Assembly (NCBI GenBank): GCA_964035545.1
Contig: OZ037767.1
Span: 24,072,628 to 24,136,627, forward strand
Direction: 5' to 3'
DNA length: 64,000 nt
Origin: Bugula neritina
Lineage: Eukaryota; Animalia; Bryozoa
Position 1 is the stretch's first letter, and each line of letters starts with the position of its first letter. A model generated the notes under the pieces. The model did no database searches, was not told the origin of the DNA, and worked only from the letters and a program-made list of their open reading frames with translations. Position numbers and translations under genes: made by a program. Shown here one piece after another: positions 42,001 through 53,678 of the stretch.

Positions 42001-44199
42001 GGCTGTTTGACGGAGTGACTGACCATACAATAATGGTCACTTGCTGAACTGAATATCTATCTCTCAGGTACAGACAGCTTTGACTCCCTTCTTACTATCA
42101 TCTAAAAGACAAACACAACTGTCAGAAAATTTAATATACCTGTTTCACAGACTTTTATTTATTTATTATAGATTTTTGTTTTTAAAAATGAAAAAAGTTT
42201 TCAAAGATGTTGAACTCATTATGCAGTTAGGACCAGCTATAAAATAGTATTGCAGTGTTTTTCTTGGCCACAGTGGTATCTGTATGAGAGATGTGGTCAA
42301 ATATTGAAGTAGAAACCACAACGCTGCATTTATCTGGACAATGATGAAAATAGCCTATTGGTTCAATGAGACTAGAGTCAAATGGCGAGGGCTCATTATT
42401 AGACCTTTTGATAAAATATGACAAAACAGAAGACAGAAACACTGTTGGAAGAAAATACTTTTGAATAAAGAAAGACCTTTAAACTGTAGGTTAAAGAAGA
42501 AGTGAAGTAATTCTCAAGATAAAAACCTAATATAATGTTCATAGAACATAAAAAATTAAAGACCACAACTAGTTTGGCCTTAAGCAGCATCAAAAAGGCG
42601 GAACCTACAGGCTTTACAGAAATTAGTACACAATTTATGTGAATCTACGAAATTTTCTACATAAAAAAAGTATGTAACATATTGTGTTTGACAAATTAAC
42701 TATCATAAGTAAAAATTAGTTTCAATTTACATACGTGAAATTCCAGAGGAAACTCTGATGTTTTTATGTCTCTATAATAAAACATATCCAAATCTTGCTA
42801 ATCAACAATTAATTATAAAAATATAGTTGCCAAATTATGCATTTCCAGACGGTTTTGTAACAAGTATTTCCAGAGAATAAACGCACTATGAAAGCTCTGT
42901 GATCTCAAAATAGTTTAAATATAGAAATTATTTCAAATATTTCAAATATTGAGAGCTGAGATACTAAAACAACAAATAATTAATAGCTTCATTTTAGTCA
43001 AATTCCATGATTGATGAATTGTTAGGAGTAATTGTGAAATTTTTGAGTTAAAGCACTTAACGACTTGCATGTTACGTATTGTCGGATTGATATCCCAGTT
43101 CAACACGCCAATATAGGTGAATACAAAATAGAAAATGCAATTGCAAACTTATGGCGAGAAGAAAACTAGGAAACAATTAAAAAAATGTAATTTAATTTTT
43201 GGCTAAAACATTAGAGAAAGAAATTTTGCACTTGAAAGCTGTGTAGCACAAGCATTAGATTTAAAATATTGTTTGATCCAGTATACATATTTATGAGTAT
43301 ATGGTAGACTTACAATTGTATTGTGACACTGTTATAAGCCATATCAGAATGTTACTTTACAGTATATTACTATAGGAATTATTAAATGAAGTTGTAAGGT
43401 TTACATATGGTGTTGCTAAAACCATGACTATTAGTAATAGCATTTTTACATCAAATTCACAAAGTTTTCAATATAATCTCTGTAAATCTCATACTGTTAT
43501 CAACATTACTCAACGTTAGTTAATAGAGAAAATTCTACACACTAACTGAATATACCGAAAATTTCCAAATAAAAATCGGTGATAACTACATTCACAAACC
43601 TGACATGCATATAATTTGGTGTTAACGGCAATAGACAACAATGCACTTTAACCACTCACATTCATTGGTCTTGGCAATTGAATCAGAATTATTATCAATA
43701 ATAATGGATTAAATAACTAATTTATTAACTAAATGTAAAAAATATTATCAGTACTATTATCGTACTCACTATTTATCACTCATAAATGCTGTAGTGAATA
43801 TTGTAATTTTTTAAATATAAATGAAACAAAAGCGGGTTAAAATTAAACTTATAAACACTCTGATTGTCACTGTCATTGAGTTTGGTATATACTAAAGAAT
43901 GCCAGACTTATTGGTTATTCACTGTCAACTATTTATTCATAAATATATTACAGCAATGTCAATAAGAATAATTAGCATTATGACTACCAAATGGCAAATC
44001 AAAACAACTGTGATAAACGTATACACAAGCACCCATTGTGAAAGTCACTTAAAGTCTACAATATTGATACTCAGGTAAGGTGAAGGTCACATCAAAAGAC
44101 AAACATGAGGTTAAAATCATCACAATGCAACAAATGAAGACATGATTTAAATTTAATTATAAAATAATCAAATTTAAAGTTAATGTAAATTACTATCCT

Positions 44200-45600
44200 A
44201 ATAAAAATCAGAGTGAGAACATTACTGACATACTGGATATCTGCATCATTATGACTTAGACTGTCATTTTGATTATCATTACCAGTACACCATCAGTATC
44301 TCTATGATAATAGCTGAATCTAACTTCAAGTTACTGTAAGTTACTAAGTTATTCTAACTCCAAGTTTAATACTAATAAGTAAAAACTAATAAGTAATACC
44401 TAATGAGTTATAGTAATAGTAATACTAATAGTAATAATATGTAATATTATTAGTAATACAAATAGTTCTAATAGTAATACACTTACAGTGGTACTAGATA
44501 TAAAATAGTAAATAAATAAACCTAAATCTAAGACTTAAAAGTTACCAGTTAATACTTAATATTCATAGTGTTATAGTATTAATAATAATAAATGTAATGC
44601 GAATTGCAATACTGATATATGGAACTATAAATGTAACAATCGGGATCAGTAATTATGAACTGTAACTTCCACATCTACTATCACTTGAGTGTGAGTATCA
44701 CTACGACTATGAGTATGAGTAACAATATCAATGTGAATATGAGCATCAATATCACAATGACAATGACTATGAGTATGGCTATCAGTATCTGAATTTCATA
44801 TTAAATGTAAATATTGAATATGAGATTACTACACTGATACTTATAGTCCATAGCCATTGTGATTGAGTATTACCAAGAGTAAAACTAAATGTAGTACTAA
44901 TAATAGTAATACTAATAGCAATACTTATACTTATACTAATATTCAGTATCAGTATAACTCAAACTAGAACTTAATCAGTTAATGTATAACTATTAGTATC
45001 ACTATGAGTATGAGTATGTGTTAGCGTGTCATCACCGTGTATTAATTAGTATCAGTATCACATTCATTTTGAGAATGAGGCTGAGCCTATGACTACCAGT
45101 ATCATACTCAGAGTCACTGTCAGGGTGAGGGTGAGAGTCACTAGACTATCACTGAGCATTAGTATGAGTATGACTTAAAGTTAAAGCTAGCCTTATCACT
45201 ATCATTATCATTATGATAAATGATCATCAATATTATTATGATTATGAGTGATTATCAATAGACAATAAAATTAAATATAATCATTAATCAATAAATATAA
45301 TAATAATTATTATGATTATGAACGTCAATCATCAATGTCACTTTCAAACTACTAGTACGAGTATCAGTATCAATATCAGTATCACTATGATTATCAGTAT
45401 GGTATCACTATCAGTATTAGACATTGTGATTGAGTTTGACTTTGATTGAGTTTGACTGATGAAGTTTCAGTTTGACTCTCACTATCACTCTGGGTCTCAC
45501 TGTCTGAGATTGAGATTCACTTTCAGATTCAGATTGACTTTGAGTGTTACTACTTACTGATAATATTTTTTAGTCTTAAAGTTAGAATTAGAAATACAGT
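44200..45600 (-). repeat. Cryptic ~6-bp periodic low-complexity tract on the PPP1R12 side of the divergent promoter
   Basis: Runs of AGTATC/ACTATG/AGTATG/ATTATC/AGTAAT units on the plus strand. Confidence 0.75.
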
Positions 45601-45689
45601 CTACATTTATACAATTTTAGAGCAATAAATATTTCAATCCATGAAAGTTTTTGGCAGCTAATATGAAATAACGTGTTTATTTTGGCATA

Positions 45690-45810
45690 ACCATTTGACG
45701 CGTTTGTGTACAATTAACGGCAGCAGAGAAACGGTGAGTTATTGACATTAGTGCAGCAATTATATTAGGCCATCGCGCATATTCTCGCGAGGTAACAAGA
45801 TGGCAGCCTC
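45690..45810. promoter_or_regulatory. Probable bidirectional promoter PPP1R12/MRPS35
   Basis: Local CpG cluster (GACGCGT, TCGCGC, TCTCGCGAG at 45783-45791) and YY1-like AAGATGGC over the MRPS35 ATG. The first coding exon of PPP1R12 has an acceptor at ~42102, so it needs an upstream 5' exon between there and MRPS35. Confidence 0.6.
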
Positions 45811-48800
45811 CATAAATCTTGTTACTGTTAGTTCAACTTTAACTTTTTGGAACGTTTCAACAATTTTTAAAAGATGCCATGCGCCACAAGCAGTATGCTG
45901 CATTAGAAAATTTACAGGCAGTGGAATACCTGTCAAGCCTGGTATGTTAGCTACACTTCAATTTACCTCAATAGTTGTAGGCAATAGGCATAGCCAATTT
46001 TAATTTGGATTAGTGAAACTGAAAAACACTTTGACTTTAACTCTAAGTTTAACTTGCAGTCACTCCCAAGGCCTATGGCATAGGGTTTTATTTTAATTTA
46101 TCTTATGATTATATCTTCTTTTTTACCATGATAATACTCAGTTTTAATCTCAGTCTCACACTCGTACTGTTAGTGTTACTCATAGTGATAAGTGATAGTT
46201 ATACTCGTACGGTACTGATATATTCTTGTCATGAGATGATATGGAAGTTCTGACCAGCGGTAATTATCATTATATTTATCTTTATTATCATAATCAAAAT
46301 GGCTATCTAAATCATTATTGTTATGATTATGAATTATCGATTGTGATTATCATTATCATTAATAATAATGTTGATAAACAAATGATATTATGATCATGAT
46401 TAGTTAAGCCACTATCAGCAAAATTATCATTACACTTTATAAATATAGTGATCATCAAGATGAAATTGAGTATTTAATTGTTTAAAAAAGCTCAAGTCCA
46501 TAGTGCATTATAGCTTATTGCTCATACTTTATATTATGCAAATGCTATGTAACTGGTTGACTAAGCCAATTATTTGGAGTTATATCTAATAGTGTAGATT
46601 TAATTGGTAATTGACAATTTTAAAAGTGCAAACTTGGTTTTACTCTGTAGTTAAATTAATTATTAAGTTTTGTTTTAATGGTTGTAGATTGTACAGAGCT
46701 TGATAAAGATGGATTTAGAATTTACAGAATTCCTGGTTTACATAAAACGAAATCAACAGCAATTAGCAGAAAGTCTGAGATGCGCCCTGTAAGTTTAAAG
46801 TTTGTTTCAACACCTTGCAAGCACAGCGAAAGTATTCCCTCTTAATAGAGAGAAAAATGATGCATCTTTAAATTAAACCTCTGAAGGCCAAGTCTTGTCA
46901 TTTAACTTTATAATATACTAATTTGATGTCAAAACTACATGGCTATAGATGTAAACATTTTGAGTTACTTTTTCTATATAATATACTAAGCAGATAGAAA
47001 AAAAAAAAACAAAAGACTTTGGAGATATGCTATCATTCTTACCTTTATTTTTTACTATATGATGTAAAAAGTTATCATGATTTTTTTGGCGTGCGTTTGC
47101 ATCTACAATTGTTCTATGCTAAGGTTTGGGTTAGTTATCTATGCTATAATTTTGTCTATTTTTAGCAACCTGTACCTCGGGAAAAGCGTATAAATATAAA
47201 TACAGACTGGACTCACGTATGGCCAACTGCAGCTACCTTTAAGCCATCAGTTGTGCCACTACCAATTCGCCAAGGCTATATCAAGGTTAAAATGATGTCT
47301 TGTTTGTAGAGCAGCATATGAGCTTTACTGAAAACCTAATATTCCATAGCTAAATTTTCTTGGGGTGTTATTCAAAACAGTTGTTTTATAATTTAGAATG
47401 AATAGCATTAAATGTGTTTTATATTTAACTGATGGTTAAACTACATATATTGTTTTTACGAATAATAAGTCTAGGTTGAAGGCATGGGCGTATATTATAG
47501 CTTTGCATTGTTATGAAGTAGTGTGTGCGTGCCATCATAGATATCTATATTTTTAGAATGCCGGAGAGAACCAAGGATTGACCCCTGGCAAATACCACAA
47601 TCTAGAATTAATGAAAGTTACCAACTTTTTACATTTGACTCCTCGTCATATTAGCAAACACTGCGCTGCTATTAAAAGTATGATTTATGCAGATTGTATT
47701 TTTCAATATGGAATTCATGTTTGTGGCATACCCAATGTTTTATTAAAGAGTTTTTTATGCTTTAGAATTCTGTACACCTTGGCCAAAAGCGTTGAATGAT
47801 TCGGAGTTCTGTGAAAAACATTTTCCGGTATCTATCACAACTCAAGATTACGTCTTCTCTGGGCCGAGTATTAGGGATCCTCGAAGCCGGACTGTTACCA
47901 TGACAGTAAGTATCACTTAGTTAAATATCTCAACTACATGCAGTTGAATATGAAGTTGAACATTTCACTAATTGCCTGGCATATTATTTTGTGCCGATCG
48001 AAATCTGTGCTAAAATGCTTTGATAAACCTTTACTGTATACATGTTGCTTAAATTTTTTGCTATACTGTTTATAGCAAACTTCCATCAATTAAAATAAAG
48101 CCACCAAAACATGTTATTTTATCTCTAACCTGTTTAATTCTTTTCATAGGTGTTCATTATTTCAATTAATTACTGTATTTCATAGAATTGTTGGTAAATT
48201 TAGTACTTTTTATATTTTATAGTTTTCGATTGATAAATTAGATTTGGACACGCACGCCAAGGATAAAATGATCAGGCTTCTTGGTAATCGTTATAATGTA
48301 GAGACAGGGGAAGTAACTATCCAGACCGATTCTTGTCCATCGAGGCTACAAAATACAGACTACGCCAAATATTTACTTACTGCACTTTACTTTGAATCAT
48401 GGGTTAGTTGAAAATATTTTTATATTGGTAAATTTTTTATTGTTTCTATCTTTTCACATATTATATTGTCACCTTCTCATTGTTTTTAATGTTTGAATAT
48501 TGTTTTCATTTAGTTCGAGCTGGTTGTGGTAGAAGATTTTTTATAATATAATGCATGAAATGTATTTCATCGTATATTGAAAATCATTCGATTTTTTATT
48601 GTTAGAAAGTTGAGGATTGGGAATCTGAAATTACATGGGCTGATTTAAAGACCTATGAATATGATAAAAGTAGCAACAAAGTCAAAGTTGAAGCCATTGT
48701 AGAGAAGCTCCCCCATGCGGTATGTACAGCAGTTATTTCAACCAACACAATTAACTGTATCACTCTAGCCAGTATGTGTATACATTTGTTTATTTTGTTA

Positions 48801-49469
48801 ACAGTTTCTTGGAAACTTGCCAGATTTAGTACTGGCTATAATATGAAATTATGTGCATGTCTTAGCTGCACCATTTCCATAGAATGGTACCAACTTTGTT
48901 AGCAGATATAGTGATCGGAAATTTGGTATTTAGCTCCATGAAATTTATAAAATATTTCATGTAGTTTAATTTATCTAGTTAGTAGTTTGTAAAATACAAT
49001 GTGTAATTAGATAATTGGAGCAAACCATCCTAGTGTTGAACAAAATTATTTTTGACACCCCGACTTGTGTTGATCGGTTGATGTTGTTTCAAATGCAATA
49101 TTTGATTCTTTATTTTTCTAGTAGCAACTGTTTTTTCAAACAATTTGATTATAGAAATAAAATTTTATTACACTGCATTTTTCTACTTAGGGGGCATTTG
49201 AGTAGTTCTTGGTATGGCATTTAAGGTAAACAATCTTAATTGTAAACAGGATGAAATTTTGCATAACCATGTTGGAACTGGTAGGTCTTGCAGTTGTATT
49301 ATGCTAAATATTTTATTTGCAGAAAGATGACAAGTGGAAAAAAAGCTCTCTAAAAAAATATGAAGAGGCCATCAGTAACCTTCATAATCAGGGAGAGAGT
49401 CAAGAGACATTAACTCAGTACAAGAAAGCTGTTATGGATTTATTAAAACTTAAAACTGACTTTCAATGA
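45800..49469 (+). CDS. MRPS35: Mitochondrial ribosomal protein S35 (mS35), 8 coding exons
   Basis: Exons approx. 45800-45941, 46688-46788, 47166-47285, 47557-47677, 47766-47906, 48223-48402, 48606-48719, 49323-49469. Motifs DWTHVWPTAATFKPSVVPLPIRQG, NLELMKVTNFLHLTPRHISKHC, CPSRLQNTDYAKYLLTALYFESW; N-terminus is basic with no acidic residues, like a mitochondrial presequence. Confidence 0.92.
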
Positions 49470-49592
49470 GGCCAATACTACAAAACATAAATAACATTCA
49501 AGTGATCCATACAAGGTTTTAAAAATAGTTTACTGTGTTGTCACAGCATATTGTTATACGTCCTGTAAATAAAGTTGAGCTTTTTCTCTCTT

Positions 49593-50862
49593 CTAAACTC
49601 TTTCAGCAATCCATATGGCTCCTTTACAACCAACTTTTATAACTTCAGTCAATGACTTATAGAATGGAGCTTGTTCAGCATCATGTTCTAGCCCTGTATC
49701 ATGATGCTCCAGCTCTTCATCTCTACATTTAGTAATTATTTCCAGCAGTTCTTTATATTTATCAGGGTTTATTGCCACAAGTTCTCTGATTTGATCATTA
49801 TAATGTTCCCCAATCACAGATTCCACAGCTACTGTGCATGCCATAGCTCCTTCTTTTCCTATAAAATATATATATTTAAATTAGTGTAAAATATGAAATT
49901 TATAAGAATGTAGCTCTAGGTAAACTAAAAACTATGATAGAATTTTCTAGAGTAACAGAAAATAGTTCAAACTATCTAATACATGTAGTGGCTGTAGCAA
50001 GTGGATGATGATGATTATTTGTCCCAATAACCAAATTTAAATATTCTTTGGTCTAAAAATCTGTCAAGTTGAACAACTACTATAAGCTAGAGATTTAATA
50101 ATGTAAGCTGACCAATTAAAGGTGGCAGACCGTAGGGAAAATAAATATTGTAATTCACTGCTTCCTACTGTTTCACATATGTGTGGTGTATCAAAGGAGT
50201 TATCAATTATAAAAGACAATGCAAAAAATTGGTAAAAACACCACACTATTTTTCTGTGCTGTTGTATTTTGAAACATTCAAAGTCATAGAAGCTAAGTTT
50301 GCAAATATATTGCTACGTCTATACTCTATTAAATTTAATATTATGAACATTGTAATGATATTAATTATTAGAAACCGATTACATTTAAAGTTCGCTTTTG
50401 GCTTTCATCACCATGATCAATTGATAACAGATCGAAATAAAGCATATTTGAAAATTGACTTCTTTTCTATCATAAGAAATAAACGTGAAATTGTTGTATT
50501 TATTTCAGACGCTATCACTTAGTCTTACCAAGCATGGCAGTGCTTGCACCCAAAACCCAGCCCGCCACATTCCATATAGGCAACAAGGCTGTTGGACGCA
50601 CTCTGTATTTAGGGATCAACTTATTAAATATGTCTAAATGTTCCTTTTCTTGCTCCCACATGTGCTCAATTACTGGAGCGACCGGTGTTTTGCCAAGTAC
50701 AGCCAATTGACCCTGGTATATGGTGTTGGCTCCAAATTCGCCAGCGTGATCTACGCGAATCATTCGGTCAATAATAGCTTTTTCCTTATCTGTAAAGGTG
50801 ATTTGAGATAACCATCGCTTCTTGAGTGGATTTAGCGTATTTCTATATCCTAGAGTCAACAT
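49593..50862 (-). CDS. COQ7: 5-demethoxyubiquinone hydroxylase (COQ7/CLK-1), 2 coding exons, 199 aa
   Basis: Exons 50862-50529 and 49858-49593 join in frame (600 nt). Di-iron motifs IRVDHAGEFGA, MWEQEKEH, AMACTVAVESVIGEHYNDQ, RDEELEHHD. Confidence 0.96.
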
Positions 50863-50989
50863 GATACTACGAGTAGTTTCAGTTTGATAAGGAAAACTAA
50901 AACGTTAACTTGAAGTTTTTATTAGTACTTTAATTGTTACAAAACAATTCTCGTAACCTGTGAAAAATAATCAGCAATGGAGCCGCTAA

Positions 50990-51060
50990 TTTATCTTCGA
51001 TTGTTATGGCTAACGCTATTGGTTGTTCAGTAGAATCGCGTAATAACATAATAATTGGAC
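50990..51060 (-). promoter_or_regulatory. Probable COQ7 core promoter
   Basis: Two ATTGG (CCAAT) boxes at ~51018 and ~51054, ATCGCGT at ~51035; short candidate 5'UTR intron ~50957-50897. Confidence 0.45.
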
Positions 51061-52275
51061 AACTCTTCACAGGATGAATTATGAATACTTTTCCCCTGGT
51101 TATTATAGTTCTAATTAGTACAATCACTGAAATAAAATACGAATCATGATGTTTATGGCTACACTCTAAAGCACTATTACAATGTCTTAAAAAAAGTTAT
51201 CTACTACAAGCACACCAGTGTACTATCAGGGATCCATTTGCTTTCGTTTTTAATCTAACTTTCTCTATGATGAAACAACTCCAATGGCACACTATATTTG
51301 TCCACAGTTTGTTTGTTTGTTTGTTCTATTTTGTCGCAGACGGAAAAAATACATACAGTTGAGGAAAATAAACAAAATGACAAGGCCCATGGCGCAATAG
51401 CATCGTAGCTAGTCGTGGCACAGAGTCGTGAATGGTTGACAGTCAGCGTATTATTTTCTGTTGTATAAGATTTTTATAGTTTTTTGTAAAGCTTTAGCAA
51501 CTCAAAGAGTATTATTTTTTATCTGTTAATTGGAAATTTGCCATTTATTACTCATTGAAAATTTACCCACCATGGATCATTAATAATAACAAAAGAGTAA
51601 TAATCAAATAATATAACAAATATATAAAATACATAGTGACACATAGAATTAAGCATAGAATTTCTATAATTACTCCTTTTTACTGCTACTGCATACTACT
51701 TCTATGCTCTTTTGTTATGCATTGCTGAGCCATTTTTCTAAATTATGGTAGTACGTTTTAGCTAGCTTGATCCTTTACCTGCAGGGCATACCTGGTTGTT
51801 CGGTATTTTGTCATATTTTACAAATTCATAGTAGCCTACACAGAATAATTAATTACTACATCATAGGTGCTTTCCTTTAGCTTAGTGTTGCAAAACTATA
51901 TAATAACATTTAATTTAGATTTATTTACTTTTAGATTTTACTATATTCATATATATATACCTAAAAATTGAAAGTTAGTAAATTATTAATTTTTTGACAT
52001 TAGAACCTGGTGGTTCGAAATTATATCATTAAAACATATATTTTATATGTTTTAAAATATAGATTTAAATACATCTATATTATAATGTACAAATAAACGT
52101 CTGGGCACATGACTACTTGTATATTATTAAAACTGCATGCAAGTGTGGTATAAATGGTCATTTTTATTACAATATATTATTACCCTGTCAACAGTTTTGT
52201 AAACACTGTAAAGTGTAAGATGTGTAGCGGCCAAGAGCATTTAAGATTTGGAGTTGTATACTATTGTATTACAAG

Positions 52276-52362
52276 ACTCGCGAATGTTTTAGCCAATTTC
52301 ATTAGCCAATGAGCTAGTGTGAGTTTTTCAAATATCCAATGAGGTCAGTGTGCCATGGCAAC
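52276..52362 (+). promoter_or_regulatory. ARL13B promoter: TCGCGA, three CCAAT boxes and an RFX X-box
   Basis: TCGCGA 52278-52283; CCAAT at 52293, 52306, 52336; TGTGCCATGGCAAC 52349-52362 matches the X-box palindrome GTTGCCATGGCAAC at 12/14. Confidence 0.7.
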
Positions 52363-53678
52363 AATGAAGGAGCAACAGCAACTACAAAGAACATGAACTC
52401 TCTGTGCATGACATCAAGTTGAACTTGGAGACCAACTCAAATAGATTGTCTAACTGAATGTGGCACTGTGTTATTTAAATTGCAATAAAATGAACTATGT
52501 ATTTGTAGTTCTAGAAGTTGTTTTGAATAGAATTTTCTACTAGTACTAGTTGATAATTTTGACTTTCCAATTCAATTTAAATTTCTATTAGTATTTCATT
52601 TGGTTATAAATAATAAAATAAAATTAAATGTTTATTTTGATTTGAAAAATCACCTTGTCGAACTAGTTTTAGCTTTTAGTTTTAGTTTTATTTTAAAATT
52701 AATTATTAAACGTAGTTATTACTATAAGTATAATTGTAATTGTTTGTATAACTTATGAGTTATGAGGGAGTGAATTAAGCTAAGCGTTTAGTCATACTTA
52801 TACTATAGTTGTACTCATAGTGATAGTCGCTGTAGTGATTGTCATAGTGTACCAGTACGTTGATGTATCTTTTTTTCTGTTATTTACTACGCATTACATT
52901 GTCTGTGGTGTGGTTATGGTTGCATTACTGTTGCTGTTATGTAGTCAACTAATTCTACTGACTACTTTAGTTTTGCTGAACTTCGCTAATTTATCTAAAT
53001 ACGTATTCATATTGATTACAAATTTGTTATAACTAATAAGTTATGTCTACGATTATGGCACCGAATAAATAAACAGTTATTTAATTTAGTAGTAAACAGT
53101 TAATACTACATGATCATCGGCATATCTCAATAGTCACTGTATTGACTAGCAATTGTAGTATAATCATAATGTAAATATATATGGTAGCAAATATTTTGAC
53201 TCCACAACTATTAAAATAATATTATTTTTGTTTTTGTTTTTAGTTTAATATTAATAGCTATAATGTAATATGCTATGCCAACAGTTATTATTCGGTGATA
53301 CTGATTTCATGAATATTGGTGCTAGCATGATAAAGATAATGATGCACTAGTGAATGAGATACCTACCTAAAGTTAGTGGACATATCATCGAGGTGTTATG
53401 TTTAATTAGTAGGCACTTATTTCTTTTTAGTTAAAGGCTTAGACCAAAGACATTTTAAAAATGTGTTTTATTTAATAAGTCAAGTGATTAACATGTGATA
53501 AAACTTCTAATGCAAATGTTCACTAAGTTTATAATTAACTTTTTCTAGTTTCTGGTCAAGGTTTAGTTTTACAATTTTTTTTAACAACACCTGCATACAT
53601 TATAATGTGTTTTATATTTAGTTACAAAGCATGCTGGTGTAAACAGAACTTTTGAGACCTTTATTTCATATAGTAGTT

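Noticed and set aside
51384-51450. tRNA-like start GGCCCATGGCGCAAT
   Set aside because: No B-box or cloverleaf follows.
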